Source: Auanema rhodensis (Eukaryota; Animalia; Nematoda). Taken from it: DNA of 64,000 nucleotides. Shown piece after piece: positions 53,771 through 64,000 of this stretch. The number at the start of each line of letters is the position of its first letter. Position 1 is the stretch's first letter. The DNA is taken from the NCBI GenBank assembly GCA_964057225.1, contig OZ059899.1:17732001-17796000 (forward strand), written 5' to 3'. Below the pieces are notes generated by a model. That model was not told the DNA's origin and did not search any database. It saw nothing but the letters and a program-made list of their open reading frames with translations. A program made the translations under genes and the position numbers.

Positions 53771-54699
53771 AAAAATTGAAAACCAGCTAGAGCAGCAAAC
53801 TGAAGCTATACAGTAGCAAAAATCATGAAGCTAACAAAGCAATAATCAAATCCAATATTACAAGGAACAATGATATTCAATGCTTTTCAAAACGAAAAAA
53901 TAACTCATGTTAGATTCAATTGAATTTGTTGTAAGATGATGAAAAATCTCATAAAAATTGAAATCCAGCTAGAGCAGTAAACACATGACATGTAGTAGCA
54001 AAAATCATAAAACTAACAAAGCAATATTCAAATCCAATATTACAAGAAACAATTATATTCACTACTATTTGAAACGAAAAAATAGTTCATATTAGATTCA
54101 AATGAATTTGTTGCAAGATTATGAAAAATCTCATAATAATAGAAAACCAGCTAGAAGCAAACTGAAGCTATGCAGTAGCAAAATCTTAAAACAAACGAAG
54201 CAATATTCAAATCAATTATTACAAGAAATAATGATATTCAATGCTTTTTAAAAAGAAAAAATAATTCATCTTAGATTCAATTGAATTTGTTGTGAGATTA
54301 TGAAAAATCTAATAAAAAGTGAAAACCAGCTAAAGCAGCAAACTGAAGCTATGCAGAAGCAAAAATGTTAAAGGTAACAAAGCAATATTCAAATCCATCA
54401 TTACAAGAAACAATGAAATTCAATGCTTTTTAAAAAAAAAAAATTCATATTAGATTCAAATGAATTTGTTGTCACAGGACGATTATTCTCATAAAAATGG
54501 AAAACTAGCTAGAGCAGCAAACTGAAGCTACACAGTAGCAAAAATCATAAAGCTAACAAAGCAATAATCAAATCCAATATTACAAGGAACAATGATATTC
54601 AATGCTTTTCAAAACGAAAAAATATTTCATGTTAGATTCAATTGAATTTGTTGTAAGATGATGAAATATCTCATAAAAATTGAAAACCAGCTAGAGCAG

Positions 54700-56250
54700 C
54701 AAACTGAAGCTATACAGTAGCAAAAATCATGAAGCTAACAAAGCAATAATCAAATCCAATATTACAAGGAACAATGATATTCAATGCTTTTCAAAACGAA
54801 AAAATATTTCATGTTAGATTCAATTGAATTTGTTGTAAGATGATGAAATATCTCATAAAAATTGAAAACCAGCTAGAGCAGCAAACTGAAGCTACACAGT
54901 AGCAAAAATCATAAAGCTAACAAAGCAATAATCAAATCCAATATTACAAGGAACAATGATATTCAATGCTTTTCAAAACGAAAAAATAACTCATGTTAGA
55001 TTCAATTGAATTTGTTGTAAGATGATGAAAAATCTCATAAAAATTGAAATCCAGCTAGAGCAGTAAACACATGACATGTAGTAGCAAAAATCATAAAGCT
55101 AACAAAGCAATAATCAAATCCAATATTACAAGGAACAATGATATTCAATGCTTTTCAAAACGAAAAAATAACTCATGTTAGATTCAATTGAATTTGTTGT
55201 AAGATGATGAAAAATCTCATAAAAATTGAAATCCAGCTAGAGCAGTAAACACATGACATGTAGTAGCAAAAATCATAAAACTAACGAAGCAATATTCAAA
55301 TCCAATATTATAAGGAACAATGATATTCAATGCTTTTCAAAACGAAAAAATATTTCATGTTAGATTCAATTGAATTTGTTGTAAGATGATGAAATATCTC
55401 ATAAAAATTGAAAACCAGCTAGAGCAGTAAACACATGACATGTAGTAGCAAAAATCATAAAACTATCGAAGCAATATTCAAATCCAATATTATAAGGAAC
55501 AATGATATTCAATGCTTTTCAAAACGAAAAAACATTTCATGTTAGATTTAATTGAATTTGTTGTAAGATGATGCAAAATCTCATAAAAATTGAAAACCAG
55601 CTAGAGCAGCAAACTGAAGCTATACAGTAGCAAAAATCATGAAGCTAACAAAGCAATAATCAAATCCAATATTACAAGGAACAATGATATTCAATGCTTT
55701 TCAAAACGAAAAAATATTTCATGTTAGATTCAATTGAATTTGTTGTAAGATGATGAAATATCTCATAAAAATTGAAAACCAGCTAGAGCAGCAAACTGAA
55801 GCTACACAGTAGCAAAAATCATAAAGCTAACAAAGCAATAATCAAATCCAATATTACAAGGAACAATGATATTCAATGCTTTTCAAAACGAAAAAATAAC
55901 TCATGTTAGATTCAATTGAATTTGTTGTAAGATGATGAAAAATCTCATAAAAATTGAAATCCAGCTAGAGCAGTAAACACATGACATGTAGTAGCAAAAA
56001 TCATAAAGCTAACAAAGCAATAATCAAATCCAATATTACAAGGAACAATGATATTCAATGCTTTTCAAAACGAAAAAATAACTCATGTTAGATTCAATTG
56101 AATTTGTTGTAAGATGATGAAAAATCTCATAAAAATTGAAATCCAGCTAGAGCAGTAAACACATGACATGTAGTAGCAAAAATCATAAAACTAACGAAGC
56201 AATATTCAAATCCAATATTATAAGGAACAATGATATTCAATGCTTTTCAA
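54700..56250 (-). repeat. 5-mer higher-order duplication (910 bp offset) in inverted B; ends approximate
   Basis: GAAGCTAACA occurs at 54731 and 55641 with the same following series of monomer types. Confidence 0.75.
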
Positions 56251-57074
56251 AACGAAAAAATATTTCATGTTAGATTTAATTGAATTTGTTGTAAGATGAT
56301 GCAAAATCTCATAAAAATTGAAAACCAGCTAGAGCAGCAAACTGAAGCTATACAGTAGCAAAAATCATAAAGCTAACAAAGCAATAATCAAATCCAATAT
56401 TACAAGGAACAATGATATTCAATGCTTTTCAAAACGAAAAAATAACTCATGTTAGATTCAATTGAATTTGTTGTAAGATGATGAAAAATCTCATAAAAAT
56501 TGAAAACCAGCTAGAGCAGTAAACACATGACATGTAGTAGCAAAAATCATAAAACTATCGAAGCAATATTCAAATCCAATATTATAAGGAACAATGATAT
56601 TCAATGCTTTTCAAAACGAAAAAATATTTCATGTTAGATTCAATTGAATTTGTTGTAAGATGATGAAATATCCCATAAAAATTGAAAACCAGCTAGAGCA
56701 GTAAACACATGACATGTAGTAGCAAAAATCATAAAACTATCGAAGCAATATTCAAATCCAATATTATAAGGAACAATGATATTCAATGCTTTTCAAAACG
56801 AAAAAACATTTCATGTTAGATTTAATTGAATTTGTTGTAAGATGATGCAAAATCTCATAAAAATTGAAAACCAGCTAGAGCAGCAAACTGAAGCTATACA
56901 GTAGCAAAAATCATGAAGCTAACAAAGCAATAATCAAATCCAATATTACAAGGTACAATGATATTCAATGCTTTTCAAAACGAAAAAATATTTCATGTTA
57001 GATTCAATTGAATTTGTTGTAAGATGATGAAAAATCTCATAAAAAGTGAACACCAGCTAGAGCAGCAAACTGAA

Positions 57075-60000
57075 GCTATGCATAAGCAAACATCTTAAAG
57101 CTAACAAAGCAATATTCAAATCCAATATTACAAGGAACAATGATATTCAATGCTTTTCAAAACGAAAAAATATTTCATGTTAGATTCAATTGAATTTGTT
57201 GTAAGATGATGAAAAATCTCATAAAAATTGAAAACCAGCTAGAGCAGCAAACTGAAGCTATACAGTAGCAAAAATCATAAAGCTAACAAAGCAATATTCA
57301 AATCCATCATTACAAGAAACAATGAAATTCAATGCTTTTTTAAAAAAAAAAATAATTCACATGAGATTCAAATGAATTTGTTGTAAGATGATGAAAAATC
57401 TCATAAAAATTGAAAACTAGCTAGAGCAGTAAACACAGGGCATGTAGTAGCAAAAATCTTAAAGCAAACAAAGCAATATTCAAATCCAATATTACAAGAA
57501 ACATAGAAATTCAATGCTTTTTAAAACGAAAAAATAGTTCATGTTAGATTCAAATGAATTTGTTGTAAGATGATGAAAAATCTCATAAAAATTGAAAACC
57601 AGCTAGAGCAGCAAACTGAAGCTATACAGTAGCAAAAATCATAAAGCTAACAAAGCAATATTCAAATCCAATATTACAAGGAACAATGATATTCAATGCT
57701 TTTCAAAACGAAAAAATATTTCATGTTAGATTCAAATGAATTTGTTGTAAGATGATGAAAAATCTCATAAAAATTGAAAACCAGCTAGAGCAGCAAACTG
57801 AAGCTATACAGTAGCAAAAATCATAAAGCTAACAAAGCAATATTCAAATCCATCATTACAAGAAACAATGAAATTCAATGCTTTTTTAAAAAAAAAAATA
57901 ATTCACATGAGATTCAAATGAATTTGTTGTAAGATGATGAAAAATCTCATAAAAATTGAAAACCAGCTAGAGCAGCAAACTGAAGCTATACAGTAGCAAA
58001 AATCATAAAGCTAACAAAGCAATATTCAAATCCAATATTACAAGGAACAATGATATTCAATGCTTTTCAAAACGAAAAAATATTTCATGTTAGATTCAAT
58101 TGAATTTGTTGTAAGATGATGAAAAATCTCATAAAAAGTGAAAACCAGCTAGAGCAGCAAACTGAAGCTATGCATAAGCAAACATCTTAAAGCTAACAAA
58201 GCAATATTCAAATCCAATATTACAAGGAACAATGATATTCAATGCTTTTCAAAACGAAAAAATATTTCATGTTAGATTCAATTGAATTTGTTGTAAGATG
58301 ATGAAAAATCTCATAAAAATTGAAAACCAGCTAGAGCAGCAAACTGAAGCTATACAGTAGCAAAAATCATAAAGCTAACAAAGCAATATTCAAATCCATC
58401 ATTACAAGAAACAATGAAATTCAATGCTTTTTTAAAAAAAAAAATAATTCACATGAGATTCAAATGAATTTGTTGTAAGATGATGAAAAATCTCATAAAA
58501 ATTGAAAACTAGCTAGAGCAGTAAACACAGGGCATGTAGTAGCAAAAATCTTAAAGCAAACAAAGCAATATTCAAATCCAATATTACAAGAAACATAGAA
58601 ATTCAATGCTTTTTAAAACGAAAAAATAGTTCATGTTAGATTCAAATGAATTTGTTGTAAGATGATGAAAAATCTCATAAAAATTGAAAACCAGCTAGAG
58701 CAGCAAACTGAAGCTATACAGTAGCAAAAATCATAAAGCTAACAAAGCAATATTCAAATCCAATATTACAAGGAACAATGATATTCAATGCTTTTCAAAA
58801 CGAAAAAATATTTCATGTTAGATTCAAATGAATTTGTTGTAAGATGATGAAAAATCTCATAAAAATTGAAAACCAGCTAGAGCAGCAAACTGAAGCTATA
58901 CAGTAGCAAAAATCATAAAGCTAACAAAGCAATATTCAAATCCATCATTACAAGAAACAATGAAATTCAATGCTTTTTTAAAAAAAAAAATAATTCACAT
59001 GAGATTCAAATGAATTTGTTGTAAGATGATGAAAAATCTCATAAAAATTGAAAACCAGCTAGAGCAGCAAACTGAAGCTATACAGTAGCAAAAATCATAA
59101 AGCTAACAAAGCAATATTCAAATCCAATATTACAAGGAACAATGATATTCAATGCTTTTCAAAACGAAAAAATATTTCATGTTAGATTCAATTGAATTTG
59201 TTGTAAGATGATGAAAAATCTCATAAAAAGTGAAAACCAGCTAGAGCAGCAAACTGAAGCTATGCATAAGCAAACATCTTAAAGCTAACAAAGCAATATT
59301 CAAATCCAATATTACAAGGAACAATGATATTCAATGCTTTTCAAAACGAAAAAATATTTCATGTTAGATTCAATTGAATTTGTTGTAAGATGATGAAAAA
59401 TCTCATAAAAATTGAAAACCAGCTAGAGCAGCAAACTGAAGCTATACAGTAGCAAAAATCATAAAGCTAACAAAGCAATATTCAAATCCATCATTACAAG
59501 AAACAATGAAATTCAATGCTTTTTTAAAAAAAAAAATAATTCACATGAGATTCAAATGAATTTGTTGTAAGATGATGAAAAATCTCATAAAAATTGAAAA
59601 CTAGCTAGAGCAGTAAACACAGGGCATGTAGTAGCAAAAATCTTAAAGCAAACAAAGCAATATTCAAATCCAATATTACAAGAAACATAGAAATTCAATG
59701 CTTTTTAAAACGAAAAAATAGTTCATGTTAGATTCAAATGAATTTGTTGTAAGATGATGAAAAATCTCATAAAAATTGAAAACCAGCTAGAGCAGCAAAC
59801 TGAAGCTATACAGTAGCAAAAATCATAAAGCTAACAAAGCAATATTCAAATCCAATATTACAAGGAACAATGATATTCAATGCTTTTCAAAACGAAAAAA
59901 TATTTCATGTTAGATTCAAATGAATTTGTTGTAAGATGATGAAAAATCTCATAAAAATTGAAAACCAGCTAGAGCAGCAAACTGAAGCTATACAGTAGCA

Positions 60001-60440
60001 AAAATCATAAAGCTAACAAAGCAATATTCAAATCCATCATTACAAGAAACAATGAAATTCAATGCTTTTTTAAAAAAAAAAATAATTCACATGAGATTCA
60101 AATGAATTTGTTGTAAGATGATGAAAAATCTCATAAAAATTGAAAACCAGCTAGAGCAGCAAACTGAAGCTATACAGTAGCAAAAATCATAAAGCTAACA
60201 AAGCAATATTCAAATCCAATATTACAAGGAACAATGATATTCAATGCTTTTCAAAACGAAAAAATATTTCATGTTAGATTCAATTGAATTTGTTGTAAGA
60301 TGATGAAAAATCTCATAAAAAGTGAAAACCAGCTAGAGCAGCAAACTGAAGCTATGCATAAGCAAACATCTTAAAGCTAACAAAGCAATATTCAAATCCA
60401 ATATTACAAGGAACAATGATATTCAATGCTTTTCAAAACG
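57075..60440 (-). repeat. 6-mer higher-order repeat (1092 bp x3) in inverted B; related partial copy at ~63260-64000
   Basis: GCTATGCATAAGC occurs at 57075, 58167, 59259 and 60351. ACATAGAAATTC occurs at 57501, 58593, 59685 and 63507. Confidence 0.92.
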
Positions 60441-60699
60441 AAAAAATAATTCATGTTAGATTCAATTGAATTTGTTGTAAGATGATGAAAAATGTCATAA
60501 AAATTGAAAACCAGCTAGAGCAGCAAACTGCAGCTATACAGTAGCAAACATCTTAAAGCTAACAAAGCAATAATCAAATCCAATATTACAAGGAACAATG
60601 ATATTCAATGCTTTTCAAAACGAAAAAATAATTCATGTTAGATTCAATTGAATTTGTTGTAAGATGATGAAAAATCTCATAAAAATTGAAAACCAGCTA

Positions 60700-63250
60700 G
60701 AGCAGCAAACTGAAGCTATACAGTAGCAAAAATCATAAAGCTAACAAAGCAATATTCAAATCCATCATTACAAGAAACAATGAAATTCAATGCTTTTTTA
60801 AAAAAAAAAATAATTCACATGAGATTCAAATGAATTTGTTGTAAGATGATGAAAAATCTCATAAAAATTGAAAACTAGCTAGAGCAGTAAACACAGGGCA
60901 TGTAGTAGCAAAAATCATAAAGCTAACAAAGCAATATTCAAATCCAATATTACAAGGAACAATGATATTCAATGCTTTTCAAAACGAAAAAATATTTCAT
61001 GTTAGATTCAATTGAATTTGTTGTAAGATGATGAAAAATCTCATAAAAAGTGAAAACCAGCTAGAGCAGCAAACTGAAGCTATACAGTAGCAAAAATCAT
61101 AAAGCTAACAAAGCAATATTCAAATCCAATATTACAAGGAACAATGATATTCAATGCTTTTCAAAACGAAAAAATATTTCATGTTAGATTCAATAGAATT
61201 TGTTGTAAGATGATGAAAAATCTCATAAAAATTGAAAACCAGCTAGAGCAGCAAACTGAAGCTATGCATAAGCAAACATCTTAAAGCTAACAAAGCAATA
61301 TTCAAATCCAATATTACAAGGAACAATGATATTCAATGCTTTTCAAAACGAAAAAATAATTCACATGAGATTCAAATGAATTTGTTGTAAGATGATGAAA
61401 AATCTCATAAAAATTGAAAACCAGCTAGAGCAGCAAACTGAAGCTATGCATAAGCAAACATCTTAAAGCTAACAAAGCAATATTCAAATCCAATATTACA
61501 AGGAACAATGATATTCAATGCTTTTCAAAACGAAAAAATAATTCACATGAGATTCAAATGAATTTGTTGTAAGATGATGAAAAATCTCATAAAAAGTGAA
61601 AACCAGCTAGAGCAGCAAACTGAAGCTATACAGTAGCAAAAATCATAAAGCTAACAAAGCAATATTCAAATCCAATATTACAAGGAACAATGATATTCAA
61701 TGCTTTTCAAAACGAAAAAATATTTCATGTTAGATTCAATAGAATTTGTTGTAAGATGATGAAAAATCTCATAAAAATTGAAAACCAGCTAGAGCAGTAA
61801 ACACATGACATGTAGTAGCAAAAATCATAAAACTAACAAAGCAATATTCAAATCCAATATTATAAGGAACAATGATATTCAATGCTTTTCAAAACGAAAA
61901 AATATTTCATGTTAGATTCAATAGAATTTGTTGTAAGATGATGAAAAATCTCATAAAAATTGAAAACCAGCTAGAGCAGCAAACTGAAGCTATACAGTAG
62001 CAAAAATCATAAAGCTAACAAAGCAATATTCAAATCCATCATTACAAGAAACAATGAAATTCAATGCTTTTTAAAAAAAAAAAATAATTCACATGAGATT
62101 CAAATGAATTTGTTGTAAGATGATGAAAAATCTCATAAAAATTGAAAACTAGCTAGAGCAGTAAACACAGGGCATGTAGTAGCAAAAATCATAAAGCTAA
62201 CAAAGCAATATTCAAATCCAATATTACAAGGAACAATGATATTCAATGCTTTTCAAAACGAAAAAATATTTCATGTTAGATTCAATTGAATTTGTTGTAA
62301 GATGATGAAAAATCTCATAAAAAGTGAAAACCAGCTAGAGCAGCAAACTGAAGCTATACAGTAGCAAAAATCATAAAGCTAACAAAGCAATATTCAAATC
62401 CAATATTACAAGGAACAATGATATTCAATGCTTTTCAAAACGAAAAAATATTTCATGTTAGATTCAATAGAATTTGTTGTAAGATGATGAAAAATCTCAT
62501 AAAAATTGAAAACCAGCTAGAGCAGCAAACTGAAGCTATGCATAAGCAAACATCTTAAAGCTAACAAAGCAATATTCAAATCCAATATTACAAGGAACAA
62601 TGATATTCAATGCTTTTCAAAACGAAAAAATAATTCACATGAGATTCAAATGAATTTGTTGTAAGATGATGAAAAATCTCATAAAAATTGAAAACCAGCT
62701 AGAGCAGCAAACTGAAGCTATGCATAAGCAAACATCTTAAAGCTAACAAAGCAATATTCAAATCCAATATTACAAGGAACAATGATATTCAATGCTTTTC
62801 AAAACGAAAAAATATTTCATGTTAGATTCAATTGAATTTGTTGTAAGATGATGAAAAATCTCATAAAAAGTGAAAACCAGCTAGAGCAGCAAACTGAAGC
62901 TATACAGTAGCAAAAATCATAAAGCTAACAAAGCAATATTCAAATCCAATATTACAAGGAACAATGATATTCAATGCTTTTCAAAACGAAAAAATATTTC
63001 ATGTTAGATTCAATAGAATTTGTTGTAAGATGATGAAAAATCTCATAAAAATTGAAAACCAGCTAGAGCAGTAAACACATGACATGTAGTAGCAAAAATC
63101 ATAAAACTAACAAAGCAATATTCAAATCCAATATTATAAGGAACAATGATATTCAATGCTTTTCAAAACGAAAAAATATTTCATGTTAGATTCAATAGAA
63201 TTTGTTGTAAGATGATGAAAAATCTCATAAAAATTGAAAACCAGCTAGAG
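60700..63250 (-). repeat. 7-mer higher-order duplication (1274 bp x2, imperfect) in inverted B; ends approximate
   Basis: GGCATGTAGTAGCAAAAATCATAAAG occurs at 60897 and 62171 (offset 7x182). The TTCAATAGAATT variant is confined to this stretch. Confidence 0.8.
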
Positions 63251-64000
63251 CAGCAAACTGAAGCTATGCATAAGCAAACATCTTAAAGCTAACAAAGCAA
63301 TATTCAAATCCAATATTACAAGAAACAATGATATTCAATGCTTTTCAAAACGAAAAAATAATTCACATGAGATTCAAATGAATTTGTTGTAAGATGATGA
63401 AAAATCTCATAAAAATTGAAAACTAGCTAGAGCAGTAAACACAGGGCATGTAGTAGCAAAAATCTTAAAGCAAACAAAGCAATATTCAAATCCAATATTA
63501 CAAGAAACATAGAAATTCAATGCTTTTTAAAACGAAAAAATAGTTCATGTTAGATTCAAATGAATTTGTTGTAAGATGATGAAAAATCTCATAAAAATTG
63601 AAAACCAGCTAGAGCAGCAAACTGAAGCTATACAGTAGCAAAAATCATAAAGCTAACAAAGCAATATTCAAATCCAATATTACAAGGAACAATGATATTC
63701 AATGCTTTTCAAAACGAAAAAATATTTCTTGTTAGATTCAAATGAATTTGTTGTAAGATGATGAAAAATCTCATAAAAATTGAAAACCAGCTAGAGCAGC
63801 AAACTGAAGCTATACAGTAGCAAAAATCATAAAGCTAACAAAGCAATATTCAAATCCATCATTACAAGAAACAATGAAATTCAATGCTTTTTTAAAAAAA
63901 AAAATAATTCACATGAGATTCAAATGAATTTGTTGTAAGATGATGAAAAATCTCATAAAAATTGAAAACCAGCTAGAGCAGCAAACTGAAGCTATACAGT

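Larger units (their letters stand above)
53764..64000 (-). repeat. Satellite B, inverted block, ~56 copies, runs off the right edge
   Basis: Reverse complement of the 182-bp unit. ATCTCAT occurs at 53764, 53946 and 54128, followed by two 179-bp monomers. From 54668 to 63950 is 51x182. Confidence 0.99.

Noticed and set aside
35918-64000. CRISPR-like or cassette-array interpretation of constant plus variable segments
   Set aside because: The variable slots have only 3-4 recurring, mutually alignable alleles rather than unique spacers. The unit is 182 bp and there are no cas or recombinase genes.
1-64000. Naming the satellites as specific known families (e.g. ~350-bp and ~180-bp beetle satellites, or the Arabidopsis 178-bp repeat)
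   Set aside because: Only the monomer length is similar and I do not recognise the sequences. A BLAST/Dfam search of the two consensus monomers is needed.

Overview
The window is entirely eukaryotic-type, AT-rich satellite DNA, with no credible gene, RNA gene, CRISPR array or autonomous mobile element. Two families fill it in four blocks. Satellite A (351-bp monomer, about 31% GC by hand count) runs forward at 1-22714 (~64.7 copies) and inverted at 22715-35917 (~37.6 copies, a distinct and more diverse subfamily). Satellite B (182-bp monomer, about 28% GC) abuts it directly, running forward at 35918-53762 (exactly 98 monomers + 9 bp) and inverted at 53764-64000 (~56 copies). The result is two back-to-back kilobase-scale inverted repeats ('macro-dyads'), each with a ~110-bp asymmetric centre. 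All three junctions can be placed to the base and fall in or beside short hairpins or palindromes of the monomers. Local higher-order repeats (3-, 4-, 5-, 6-, 7-, 8-mers) are layered on top. The two families share collinear motifs, which suggests common ancestry. All ORFs in the track are by-products of the 351-bp repeat. The organism cannot be identified from the sequence. An insect-like (peri)centromeric or heterochromatic region is plausible but is inference only.
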